Assembly: GCA_035549635.1 (NCBI GenBank)
Contig: DASZQN010000045.1
Location: forward strand, 9,286 to 73,285
DNA: 64,000 nucleotides
Direction of reading: 5' to 3'
From: Opitutaceae bacterium
GTDB lineage: Bacteria; Verrucomicrobiota; Verrucomicrobiia; Opitutales; Opitutaceae
Under the pieces are notes generated by a model. The model did no database searches and was not told the DNA's origin. It saw only the letters and a list, made by a program, of their open reading frames with translations. Shown one piece after another: positions 40,545 through 49,842 of this stretch (its first letter is position 1; the number at the start of each line of letters is the position of its first letter). A program made the translations under genes and the position numbers.

Positions 40545-43286
40545 ATGACCTCCGCCCAGATCCGCCAGTCGTTCCTCGATTTCTTCGCCGCCCAGGGGCA
40601 CACCCTCGTGCCGTCGGCGTCGCTGCTGCCCGACTCCCCCGGACTGCTGTTCACGAACGCCGGCATGAACCAGTTCGTCCCGATCTTCCTCGGGGACCGG
40701 AAGGCCGATGTCTCGAAGTGGGCCGGCGCCCGCCCCGCCCGCGACACGCGCGCGGCCGACACCCAGAAGTGCATCCGCGCAGGCGGCAAGCACAACGATC
40801 TCGAGGACGTCGGCTTCGACACCTACCATCACACGTTCTTCGAGATGCTCGGCAACTGGTCCTTCGGCGACTACTTCAAGAAGGAATCGCTCGAGTGGGG
40901 CTGGGACCTGATCACGCGCGTCTGGGGCATCCCCCCGAAACGTCTCTTCGCCACGGTCTACTCCCCCGACAAGTCCAAGGGCGACCCCTCGGAGTTCGAC
41001 CAGGAGGCCTACGACATCTGGGCCGGGATCTTCCGGAAGGCCGGCCTCGATCCGAAGGTCCACATCGTTCACGGCAACAAGAAGGACAATTTCTGGATGA
41101 TGGGCGACACCGGCCCCTGCGGCCCGTGCTCGGAGATCCACATCAACCTGCTTCCCTCCGACGACGAGCAGGCCGGACGGAAGCTCGTCAACAGCAGCTC
41201 CCCGCGCTGCATCGAGATCTGGAACCACGTCTTCATCCAGTTCAACGCGAACGCCGATGGCACCTTCGCCCCGCTCGCGGCCAAGCACGTCGACACCGGC
41301 ATGGGCTTCGAGCGCGTCGCCGGCATCCACGCGACGACGAATGGATTCAAGGACTTCACCAAGGATCCGTCGAACTACGCCGCCGACGTCTTCGCCCCGC
41401 TCTTCAACAAGGTCGCCGAACTCTCCGGCAAGACCTACCGCGCCACCGTCCCGACGAAACGCGAGGGGCTTTCCGAGCAGGAAGCGACCGATGTCGCTTT
41501 CCGCGTCCTCGCCGACCACGCCCGCTGCGTCAGCTGCGCGATCGCCGACGGTATCTTGCCAGGGAACGAGGGACGCAACTACGTCATCCGCCGGATCCTG
41601 CGGCGGGGGATTCTCTACGGTAAGAAACTGGGGCTGGGCACGGGCTTTTTCGAAAAGCTCGTGACTCCGGTCGTAGAGTCGCTGGGCGAGGTTTTCCCCG
41701 AGCTGAAACAGCAGAAAAATGTCATCGAGCGGGTCATCCGCGGCGAGGAGGAGTCGTTCGGTCGGACGCTGAGCAAGGGCTTGGAGATATTTTCCCAGCA
41801 CGCCGAGCTGGCTCCGGGGCAGCGGAACCTTTTCTCCGGGCAATCCGCCTTCCTCCTGTATGATTCCTACGGTTTTCCCCTCGACATGACCCAGCTGCTC
41901 GCCACCGAGCGCGGGCTCACGGTCGACACCGCCGGATTTGAGGCTGAGATGGAAAAGCAGCGCGAGCGCGGCCGGGCCTCGCAGAAGAAGGAAATCATCG
42001 TCGCCGCCACCGAGGGTGAGGCGACCGGGACGGCGGCGACAACCTTCGTCGGGTACACCGAACTGACCGCGAAGGCGCGGCTCGTCGATGTCGTGCGGAC
42101 GGAGAAGGAAACATTCCTCGTCTTCGACCGGACTCCTTTCTACGCCGAGATGGGTGGACAGATGGGCGACGCCGGAACCGTGCTGGTCGGCGGACAGCTC
42201 CTGCACATCGCCGACACGGTGAAGGACAAGTCGGGGCGCCACCTCCACCGCGTGGCGGTGGAAGGTGCAAGTGCCGAGGAGCAGGTTCCAAGTGCCATCC
42301 TTCAAATTCCAAATACGGGAGCGGAGGCGGAGCTGGCGGTGGATTTCGGGCGGCGGCGGGCCATCTCCCGTCACCACTCGGCGACGCATCTGCTGCACTG
42401 GGCGCTGCGCAAGGTGCTCGGCACGCACGTCCGCCAGGCCGGCACGCACAAGACGCCGGAACGCCTGCGGTTCGACTTCTCCCACTTCGAGGCGGTGACG
42501 CATGCCCAGCTGCTCGAGATCGAGCGGCTCGTGAACGAGCGCGTGATCGACAACGGCGAGGTCGAGACCTACGAGACCGAGTTCGACAAGAAGCCCGAGG
42601 GCACCCTCGCCTTTTTCGGCGACAAGTACGGCGCGATCGTGCGCGTGGTCGACATCGGCGGCTTCAGCCGCGAGCTGTGCGGCGGCACGCACGTGTCCAC
42701 CACGGGCGAGATCGGCCTCGTGAAGATCGTGGCCGAGATGGCGATCGCGGCCGGCACGCGGCGCATCGAGGCGGTCGCCGGGCAGCCGGCCTACGACCTC
42801 GTCGCCCAGCGCGAGGCGGCGCTCGCGGCGATCGGTGCGCACCTGTCGGCCGGCCCCCAGGATGTCGTCAAGAAACTCGAGCAGCTGCTGGCCCACCAGA
42901 AAGAGACGGAGAAACAGCTGAAATCCTTCCAGCAAAAGGCCGCCGCCGGCCTCGCCGACGAGCTCGCCGCCAAGGCCTCGGACCGCGGCGGACTCAGGTT
43001 TGTCACCGCGGTCGTCCCGACCGAGAGCCAGGAATCGCTGCGTTCGCTCGGGTCCCAGGTCCTGGCCAAGCTCGGCGAGGGCGTGGTCACCCTCGGCGCG
43101 GCCCTCGGCGACCGCGTGGCGCTCGTCGTCTTCTGCTCTCCCGCCGCGATCAAGGCCGGGCACCAGGCCGGCAAGCGCGTCAACGAGCTGTCGCTCCAGC
43201 TCGGCGGCAAGGGCGGCGGCAAACCCGATTTCGCCATGGGGGGTGGGAAGGACGTCGCCCGGCTCGCGGAAGTCGTCCGCGCCTAG
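40545..43286 (+). CDS. alaS: Alanine--tRNA ligase
   Basis: 913 aa with class II core motifs (FTNAGMNQF, RAGGKHNDLEDVG, FFEMLGNWSFGDYFK), the editing-domain HxxxH (HHSATHLLH...CGGTHV) and C-terminal DHHA1 (GGKGGGKPDFAMGGG). Confidence 0.95.
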   Translation: MTSAQIRQSFLDFFAAQGHTLVPSASLLPDSPGLLFTNAGMNQFVPIFLGDRKADVSKWAGARPARDTRAADTQKCIRAGGKHNDLEDVGFDTYHHTFFEMLGNWSFGDYFKKESLEWGWDLITRVWGIPPKRLFATVYSPDKSKGDPSEFDQEAYDIWAGIFRKAGLDPKVHIVHGNKKDNFWMMGDTGPCGPCSEIHINLLPSDDEQAGRKLVNSSSPRCIEIWNHVFIQFNANADGTFAPLAAKHVDTGMGFERVAGIHATTNGFKDFTKDPSNYAADVFAPLFNKVAELSGKTYRATVPTKREGLSEQEATDVAFRVLADHARCVSCAIADGILPGNEGRNYVIRRILRRGILYGKKLGLGTGFFEKLVTPVVESLGEVFPELKQQKNVIERVIRGEEESFGRTLSKGLEIFSQHAELAPGQRNLFSGQSAFLLYDSYGFPLDMTQLLATERGLTVDTAGFEAEMEKQRERGRASQKKEIIVAATEGEATGTAATTFVGYTELTAKARLVDVVRTEKETFLVFDRTPFYAEMGGQMGDAGTVLVGGQLLHIADTVKDKSGRHLHRVAVEGASAEEQVPSAILQIPNTGAEAELAVDFGRRRAISRHHSATHLLHWALRKVLGTHVRQAGTHKTPERLRFDFSHFEAVTHAQLLEIERLVNERVIDNGEVETYETEFDKKPEGTLAFFGDKYGAIVRVVDIGGFSRELCGGTHVSTTGEIGLVKIVAEMAIAAGTRRIEAVAGQPAYDLVAQREAALAAIGAHLSAGPQDVVKKLEQLLAHQKETEKQLKSFQQKAAAGLADELAAKASDRGGLRFVTAVVPTESQESLRSLGSQVLAKLGEGVVTLGAALGDRVALVVFCSPAAIKAGHQAGKRVNELSLQLGGKGGGKPDFAMGGGKDVARLAEVVRA
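42264..42320 (+). repeat. In-frame low-GC3 segment inside alaS (GASAEEQVPSAILQIPNTG), repeat-element-like
   Basis: The codons GGT GCA AGT ... GTT CCA AGT ... CTT CAA ATT CCA AAT ... GGA contrast with near-exclusive G/C-ending codons on both sides. It contains a CAAGTGCC direct repeat and CAAGT/GTGCCA/GGTTCC words shared with the intergenic elements at 1101-1218 and 4630-4756. Confidence 0.5.
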
Positions 43287-43458
43287 CGGCGCACGAGGCC
43301 GGGCGCGAGCCAAAGCCGGACCCGGCGCTTTTCGGGGCAACCCGCGGGAGGCATCTGCGTCATTTCCTCCCGTGGTCGGCACAAACCGGCTCCTTCACGG
43401 TCGCAATGAATCCATGCCGGCGCCCTTTCCAGCCTCCGCTCCCGTCCGCATTTTGCCC

Positions 43459-45705
43459 ATGCCTGCCAAGCTGATCCCCTTCCTGGCGCTTCTCGGTGCG
43501 ATGCTCGCGGGCGGCCTCGGCGGATGCAGTATGCCGGCGAGCGCCGGCCGGCAGGGAACCCGCAGCGCGCCCGTTTCCTCCCGGCACGAGCAGCTCCGGC
43601 AGGCCCTGGCCAAGGCGGACCGCCTGACAATCGTCGCGGCTCCGGCAGCCGGAGGGTCGCCGGTAACGCGCGACCTTTCCGGCGCTTCGGTGGCGGATTT
43701 CCTGGACTGCGTCGAGATCGACGAAGCCTATGGGCCGGTGCGGTGCGAGAGTCCGCGCGACGCCCTGTTCACCTTCTACGCCGGCCAACGGCCGATCGCG
43801 ACGATCAGCCTCCACCGCCTGGGTTATCTTCACTGGGAGGGCGGGTTATGGGGCGGCAGCGATGCGGTCATCACGACCGATTCCTCCCAGCGGCTTCAGC
43901 AGTGGGCCAAGCAGGCCGGCGCCGACGTGACCGTCATGCTGCAGGGCGTCGCCGCGCAGGAGACTCAGCGGGCCGAGGAGGCAAGGCAGCGGTTCTTCGC
44001 GTGCTTCACGCCGGAGGCCCGGAAGATTTTCGCCCAGGCCGACACCGTGGTCTACAACAGCCGCCATCTCCGCCGGGTCTCCACTCCCCTCGCCTCGCTC
44101 TACTCCGACCCGGCGGCGTTCGCCGAGGCGGGGTTGCGGGCCCTCGGTGAAAGTCCGCAGCGCTGGCTCGAGGACGACTGGGCGACCGGCGCGGTCGAAA
44201 CCGCGCTGCTCGGGCTCGATCCCGCCCTGGTCACCGCGGCGATGGACCGCGTCCAGGCCCAGCAGACGTCCTCGCTCGGCGCGGCCCGGCTGTTCTTCCA
44301 CGCCGGCTTCGAGGCGAAGCTGCCCGCGGCCGACCGCGGCGCCCGTGCCGTGCGGCTCGCCGACCTGGTCCTGCGGGCGGGCCGCGATTCCGACAAGCAC
44401 GCCATGCTCGAATGTCTCGCCCTCGTGCCCGGCGACGCCCCCGCGGATTTCCTGCGGGCCGTGGCGCGCGGCGACAAGACCTACGCCTACGCGCCGCCCT
44501 ACACCGAGCTCACCTCCGATACCGAGGAGCCGGGACTCCGCTCTGCCGCCGCCCTGCTGCTCGCCAAACGCGCCGATCCCGGGGCCGCGGCGATCATTGC
44601 GTCGCTGGCCGCGCTGAAGCCGTTCGGGCCCGACCAGGCCGCGCTGGAAATCGCCGCTGCCCTCGGCGACGGCGCCGCGCCGCTCAAGCCGGCGCATTTC
44701 AAATATCATTCCCGGCTGCTCGGCGTGGCCGCGCTGGCCGCACTGGAATGGCGGCCGGGATCCGGCATCCCGGTGGACGTGCTTTCCGCCGCCTGCACCC
44801 ATTTCCAGGAAGACGTGGCGGGACGCGCCGAAAAACTGGCCGAGCATTACCAGCTCCAGCGCGCCGATGAGGGCACCGGCACCGACGAACTCGCGATCGA
44901 CTACGACCCCCTGCTCGCCTCCTCCGATCCGCAGGCGGCGATCCAGGAGTATTCCGCCCTCATCCCCAAGGTCGCCGGCCTGACGCTCGCGCGGCTCTAT
45001 TCGCTGCGAGGGCAGGCCTACGCCAACCTCGGCAACTACGCCTCCGCCGAGGCCGACTACCTGAACGTGGAGAAATCCCCCTTTGCGGACGGCACCGACG
45101 TGCGGACTCGGCTCGCCTGGGTCCAGTGGTACCTCGGCGAGTTCGACGCCGCGGAGCAGACCATCGAGGACGCCCTGAAAGCCGACCCCAGCGCCGAACT
45201 GGTGCTGCTGCGCGGCATCATGCACTACGGGCTCGGCGACTTCAGCCGCGGCACGGAGGCCGACCTCATCGCGGCGCGCGTGCTGGATCCGACGGAAGGC
45301 TATGCCCCGCTTTTCCAGCATTTCGCCGCCACGCTCGGAGGCCGGCCGGAGCAGTCGCAGCTCCGCGCCTACCTCGCTTCGTCCCCGGACCTCCCGGACT
45401 GGCCGCGGCAGATCATGGGTTTCGTCCTCGGTTACATCGACGCGCGCCGCCTGCTCGAGATCGCGGCGGCGAGCGATCCGAACGAAGTGGACTGGCACAC
45501 CTGCGAGGCCACCTTCTACATTTCCCAGGCCGCGCGCGTCGCCGGTCACACCGAGGAGGAGCGGAAATACCTCGAGCAGTGCGCCGGCACCAACCAGCCG
45601 AACGTCGCGGAATTCTGGGTGGCGAAATACCGGCTGGATAAACTTCGTCCGGCAAGAAACGCTTTCCCGTCCCGGACTCGTCCGGGCAATGCGCCCAGCA
45701 TCTGA
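43459..45705 (+). CDS. Lipoprotein with C-terminal TPR-like repeats, unknown function
   Basis: Start MPAKLIPFLALLGAMLAGGLGGCS (lipobox LGGC). 748 aa with TPR-like segments (YSLRGQAYANLGNYASAEADYLNV; LAWVQWYLGEFDAAEQTIEDALKADP). Confidence 0.65.
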   Translation: MPAKLIPFLALLGAMLAGGLGGCSMPASAGRQGTRSAPVSSRHEQLRQALAKADRLTIVAAPAAGGSPVTRDLSGASVADFLDCVEIDEAYGPVRCESPRDALFTFYAGQRPIATISLHRLGYLHWEGGLWGGSDAVITTDSSQRLQQWAKQAGADVTVMLQGVAAQETQRAEEARQRFFACFTPEARKIFAQADTVVYNSRHLRRVSTPLASLYSDPAAFAEAGLRALGESPQRWLEDDWATGAVETALLGLDPALVTAAMDRVQAQQTSSLGAARLFFHAGFEAKLPAADRGARAVRLADLVLRAGRDSDKHAMLECLALVPGDAPADFLRAVARGDKTYAYAPPYTELTSDTEEPGLRSAAALLLAKRADPGAAAIIASLAALKPFGPDQAALEIAAALGDGAAPLKPAHFKYHSRLLGVAALAALEWRPGSGIPVDVLSAACTHFQEDVAGRAEKLAEHYQLQRADEGTGTDELAIDYDPLLASSDPQAAIQEYSALIPKVAGLTLARLYSLRGQAYANLGNYASAEADYLNVEKSPFADGTDVRTRLAWVQWYLGEFDAAEQTIEDALKADPSAELVLLRGIMHYGLGDFSRGTEADLIAARVLDPTEGYAPLFQHFAATLGGRPEQSQLRAYLASSPDLPDWPRQIMGFVLGYIDARRLLEIAAASDPNEVDWHTCEATFYISQAARVAGHTEEERKYLEQCAGTNQPNVAEFWVAKYRLDKLRPARNAFPSRTRPGNAPSI

Positions 45706-45721
45706 AACTTCCCCCGGATCC

Positions 45722-45970
45722 ATGGACCTCGGAGCCATCATCGACGAAATCGCCAGCCAGGCGGACGACTTTCTCGCCGGAGCGGCCAATCGCGAACAGG
45801 GACGCGCGGGCATCTCGGAACTGATCACCGTGGATTATCCCGATCTGAGGCCGGCCGACCGCAAGAAAGTCGTCGATGGCGTCATGGCCATCCTCGAGCG
45901 GGAGGATTTCTTCGACACCGAGTTCGCCGGCGGCGCCTTCGACGACAACGAGGAGGAAGAGGGCGAATAA
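45722..45970 (+). CDS. Small acidic hypothetical protein (82 aa)
   Basis: Starts MDLGAIIDEIASQ and ends with an acidic tail DDNEEEEGE. It starts 16 bp after the lipoprotein gene. Composition is unlike spurious high-GC frames. Confidence 0.45.
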   Translation: MDLGAIIDEIASQADDFLAGAANREQGRAGISELITVDYPDLRPADRKKVVDGVMAILEREDFFDTEFAGGAFDDNEEEEGE

Positions 45971-46073
45971 GCCCCCGGCCCGGCGTCTGCTTCGCGCCTC
46001 CGCGGCTTGGCGCGAACTTCTCCGGGAATTACCCGGCCCGGGAGTGTCCTAATTTGGCGAGGGCCGCACCAAT

Positions 46074-46136
46074 CATTCTCGTTCTTCTTTCTCATTCTCG
46101 TTCTCACTCCGGAGAAATCGCCGAGAACGAGAACGA
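46074..46136. repeat. AT-richer direct repeat (CATTCTCGTTCT x2) plus 11-14-bp hairpin upstream of ispH
   Basis: Direct copies at 46074-46085 and 46093-46104. The stem pairs TTCTCGTTCTC (46095-46105) with GAGAACGAGAA (46123-46133) around a 17-nt loop. Confidence 0.7.
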
Positions 46137-46222
46137 TATTTCAGAACCGTCGGTCAAATCAGGACACCACCCCCGGCCCGGTCCACTTGACCCGGGGCGG
46201 TGTGCCGTGTTGCTTGGGGGAA

Positions 46223-47959
46223 ATGCCTCCGGTTTCGGCCGTTCCGTCCACGCCCTGCTGCGTTCTCGCCTTCAACCCGGGAAACCAGCTGGCGGTGCGT
46301 GCGGACGGCGCCAGGGCCGGGCTGGCCTTCGCCGGCGCCGACCTCGCGGAAGCCACGGCGCAGCTGGAAGCGGCCTTTCCCGCGCACACCGCGCCCGTGG
46401 AATATTTTTCCACGGCAACCGGCGAGGGCGTGCACCGCGTTTTTTTTGTGCAGGTGAAGGGCCCGCCGTCGGACGAGGGGATCTCCTTCCGGCCCATCGA
46501 TGACCTTGCCGCTCCCGGAGGAGCGGTCACGCCGGGTCTGGCGGCGGTGGTGGAGAAGCTGGACCCTTATCTCATCGAGATCCCTTACCTCCACCTCGGC
46601 GAAAATGATTTCATCTACAAATTCCGGCCCGAGAAGGAGCGGAACACCTCGATCTACGCCCAGGACGCCGTGGCCGGCGCGCTGTATCAGTCGCAGCTCT
46701 GCACCGCGATCAAGGCGCTGGCCCGGCAGCAGGAGCGGTCCGCCGCCGCGCCGGTCACGCTCGATTTCGGGGCGGTGCGCCATGTGATTCCCAGCCATTT
46801 TGGCTTCTGTCTCGGGGTGAAGAACGCGATCGAGCGCGCCTATGAGACGCTGGCGGAAAATCCGGGCCGCCGGGTCTTCATGCTCTCGGAGCTCATCCAC
46901 AATCCCTTCGTGAACGAAGACCTGCTGCGTCGCGGGCTGCGTTATCTGCAGACGGACCGCGGAGCGCCCTACCCGGTCGACGACTCCGCCGGCACCGGCG
47001 GAACGTCGGCTCCGTCCTTCCTCTGGGACACGCTCACGCCCGCGGACATCGTGATCACCCCGGCGTTCGGCGCGACGGACGAGGACAAGGCGCGCCTGGT
47101 GCGGAAGGGCATTCCCGTCTACCAATACGACGCCACCTGCATGCTCGTGGAAAAAGTATGGAAGGCGGCGCGCGCCTACGGACGCGAGGGCTACACCGTG
47201 ATCATCCATGGCAAGCACGAGCATGAGGAGACGAAGGCGACCTTCTCCAACACCCGCCGCCATGCCCAGGCCGTCATCGTGCGCAACCTCGAGGAGACGC
47301 GCCAGCTCGGCGCCCTCATCGCGAGTCCCGACCCCGCCGTCCGGGCGCGATTCCACGAGCTTTTCGCCGGCCGGCACACCCCCGGTTTCGACGTGAACCG
47401 GCATCTGGAACGCGTGGCCGTCGTCAACCAGACGACGCTGCTGATGAACGAGACCCTCGCGATCATCGAGCACCTGCGCGGGGTTTACCGCGCCCGGTTC
47501 GGCGACGATTCGCGCGTCGGCGGCAGCAGCCGGCGGGACACGCTATGCTACGCCACCCAGGTGAACCAGGATGCGCTCAGCCGCGCGCTGGCGGAGCCCC
47601 TCGACGCGGCTTTCGTGATCGGCGGACGCAACTCGTCGAACACCTACCAGCTTTTCCGGCTTTGCGAACAGAAGCTGGGGCCGAAGGCCTTCTTCATCCA
47701 GTCGGAGCGCAGCATCCTCTCCCGCGCGCGGGTGGACCACTACGTTTACTCCGGCGGCGGCCAGGGCCACATCGAGGCTCGTCCGCTCTGGCCGGAAAAT
47801 GACGCCGGATCGATCGTCGCCCCCAAGCGGGTGCTCATCACCGGCGGGGCTTCCTGCCCCGACGGCATCATCCAGCAGGTCATCACGCGCATCAACGGCT
47901 TCTTCCCGTCCGAACGCCTGCGCGGGGTGGATGCCGTCCTGCAGGATCTCGCCGCCTGA
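46223..47959 (+). CDS. ispH: 4-hydroxy-3-methylbut-2-enyl diphosphate reductase, long (plant/cyanobacterial-like) form with extra N-terminal region
   Basis: Core motifs HFGFCLGVKNAIERA, HGKHEHEETKAT, VVNQTT and GGRNSSNT. I chose the start at MPPVSAV (ATG 46223). The upstream part of the ORF crosses the repeat hairpin. Confidence 0.85.
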   Translation: MPPVSAVPSTPCCVLAFNPGNQLAVRADGARAGLAFAGADLAEATAQLEAAFPAHTAPVEYFSTATGEGVHRVFFVQVKGPPSDEGISFRPIDDLAAPGGAVTPGLAAVVEKLDPYLIEIPYLHLGENDFIYKFRPEKERNTSIYAQDAVAGALYQSQLCTAIKALARQQERSAAAPVTLDFGAVRHVIPSHFGFCLGVKNAIERAYETLAENPGRRVFMLSELIHNPFVNEDLLRRGLRYLQTDRGAPYPVDDSAGTGGTSAPSFLWDTLTPADIVITPAFGATDEDKARLVRKGIPVYQYDATCMLVEKVWKAARAYGREGYTVIIHGKHEHEETKATFSNTRRHAQAVIVRNLEETRQLGALIASPDPAVRARFHELFAGRHTPGFDVNRHLERVAVVNQTTLLMNETLAIIEHLRGVYRARFGDDSRVGGSSRRDTLCYATQVNQDALSRALAEPLDAAFVIGGRNSSNTYQLFRLCEQKLGPKAFFIQSERSILSRARVDHYVYSGGGQGHIEARPLWPENDAGSIVAPKRVLITGGASCPDGIIQQVITRINGFFPSERLRGVDAVLQDLAA

Positions 47960-47974
47960 GCGGCGGCGAGAGCC

Positions 47975-49210
47975 CTAGAACCGGTAATTCACGCCGAAGC
48001 GGAATCCCTGCATGCTGCTCAGGTCCACGCGCGTCGAATAGGTGGCCGTGTCGTCCAGGCCGGGACTCGTATTCTGCACAATCGTCTGCGTGAAGCTGCC
48101 GGTGCTCTGGTAAACCGCGCCGAGATAGAAGGCCGTCCGGTTGGACATCCAGTACTCCATGCTGGCGTCGGCATAATATCCCGGCAGGAAATGGCTCTGG
48201 GTATCCGAGACGTCGGAAAAGATCTCGTTGCCCGTATCGGGCTTGAATTCCTGTTCGACCGAGTAGGTCGTCCCCGCATACACCAGCGCGCCGCCCAGGC
48301 TCAGTGTCGCCCGGAAATTGGTGGTCACCGGGAAAACCAGGGTCGGGCCCACGCGGAAGGTGTAATAGGCCCCGTGGAGGTGATAGTGGTTCATCACGCT
48401 CACGGTGTCGGTCGTGGTGGTCTGCGTGCGGGTCTCGGGCGTGTTGCCGAGGAGGACGGAGCTGTCGACCTGCACGGTCTGCGCCGTGCCGTCGGCATTC
48501 AGGAGGGTGTTGCCGCTCGAGTCCGTCAGCGGGACGCTGCTGCTGGACGGCGCCGAGTACGGCGGGGTCGGCGCGGGCGCCCCATTGAGCGAGTAGGTAT
48601 CGGTGATCGTCGTGATGTTGGCCTTCTCGAAGCTCGTCATCTTCGAGGCGAGATCGTTGATGCTCAGGCCGGCGGAGATGCTCCAGTCGAAGCGGCCGGC
48701 GATCTTGCCGATGTCGCGGGCGAGGACCACCTCGTTGCCGAAGCTGAGACCGGGGTTCTTCGAGCGCGGGCCGCTGTCGACCACGTCCGCCGTGTAGGCG
48801 TGCATCGCGATCGTCCCATCTCCCACGATCTGTTTCGCATCGGCGAAACCCCAGGTATTCGTGCTGCCGTCCGGCGTGATCAGCAGGCTCACCACCCCGC
48901 CGTTGCCATCGTCGATCGAGACCGTGCGCTGGTCCACGCCGACGTCGCCGTCGTGGTAAATCCGGGTTTCGCCCGTGCCCGTCGTGTCCGCGATATGCTG
49001 GGCTTCATCCGTGACATGACCGAAACCGTGGAAGCTGGATTTCGCGCCCGACAACCCCCGCATGCCGTAGGTCAGGGTGAACTTGGGGAGGTAAATGTAG
49101 ACGTCCGTGTCGAAAAAGAGGTTCGTGGGCGGCTCCGGCTCCGAATCGGGCTCGGCATAGACGGCTGTGGCGGTGAGCAGGCAGCAGAGCGCGATGAAGC
49201 GTTTTTTCAT
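47975..49210 (-). CDS. Outer-membrane beta-barrel protein, unknown substrate
   Basis: Start MKKRFIALCCLLTATAVYA (signal peptide). Alternating beta-strand-like pattern and a C-terminal ...GFRFGVNYRF with terminal Phe typical of OMPs. Confidence 0.65.
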   Translation of the reverse strand: MKKRFIALCCLLTATAVYAEPDSEPEPPTNLFFDTDVYIYLPKFTLTYGMRGLSGAKSSFHGFGHVTDEAQHIADTTGTGETRIYHDGDVGVDQRTVSIDDGNGGVVSLLITPDGSTNTWGFADAKQIVGDGTIAMHAYTADVVDSGPRSKNPGLSFGNEVVLARDIGKIAGRFDWSISAGLSINDLASKMTSFEKANITTITDTYSLNGAPAPTPPYSAPSSSSVPLTDSSGNTLLNADGTAQTVQVDSSVLLGNTPETRTQTTTTDTVSVMNHYHLHGAYYTFRVGPTLVFPVTTNFRATLSLGGALVYAGTTYSVEQEFKPDTGNEIFSDVSDTQSHFLPGYYADASMEYWMSNRTAFYLGAVYQSTGSFTQTIVQNTSPGLDDTATYSTRVDLSSMQGFRFGVNYRF

Positions 49211-49276
49211 GCAGGGTCGCCTGAAGACAGCGGGAAAGAGGACAAGGTTCAAGAAAAGTCTTGGACGGCCGCGCGG

Positions 49277-49765
49277 TCAGCGGCCGACGGGAACCGACCA
49301 GGTCAGCATGAGGGTCTCCGTCCCGGGATTCCGGCCATTGAGGCCCCCGTTGGAGATGTGGCCCACCGCCAAGCCGAGCCGGCGCCGATGGCCGACGTCG
49401 ACCGAGAATTCCGCCGTGCTGATGAACTCCACTGACGAGCCCAGGTCCCGGCCGCGATTGCGCTCATAGTAGCCCGGGCCGAACCCGAAGGTCAGCCGCA
49501 GGCGGTCGTCGAGGTCGAGGTTGTACAGCAACCCCGCGCCGAGCAGCCGCGAGCCGTCCGTCGCCCAGGTCGCCAGCAGGCGCGGCTGGAAGGCGCCGGG
49601 CGCCGCCAGCCGGTAATCGGCGGAAAAGTTGAGGGTCTTGTCGGAGTCCAGGACGCCGAGGAGGCCGGCGCCGAAGCCGGCGCGGGCCGGCTCATGCGCG
49701 GACAAGAGGAAAGGTGCGGCCAGGAAGAGGAGGCCGGTCCAGGACCGGCGCCAAGGGATGGTCAT
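49277..49765 (-). CDS. Acyloxyacyl hydrolase / lipid A deacylase PagL-like outer-membrane protein
   Basis: 162 aa with a signal peptide, a small beta-barrel pattern and the conserved-looking GHISNGGLNGRNPGTE motif (His-x-Ser-Asn as in the PagL family). Confidence 0.6.
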   Translation of the reverse strand: MTIPWRRSWTGLLFLAAPFLLSAHEPARAGFGAGLLGVLDSDKTLNFSADYRLAAPGAFQPRLLATWATDGSRLLGAGLLYNLDLDDRLRLTFGFGPGYYERNRGRDLGSSVEFISTAEFSVDVGHRRRLGLAVGHISNGGLNGRNPGTETLMLTWSVPVGR

Positions 49766-49842
49766 GCGGGAAACGCGCGAGGCAGAGGATTCGCCCGCGA
49801 CGGGTCAAGAGCAGACCCGCGATCCCGGCGGCCGTGCCGGGG

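Noticed and set aside
43293-43335. Intrinsic terminator after alaS (GCCGGG...CCCGGC GCTTTTC).
   Set aside because: It has only a 6-bp stem, a 17-nt loop and a 4-T run. That is too weak to assert without an energy calculation.
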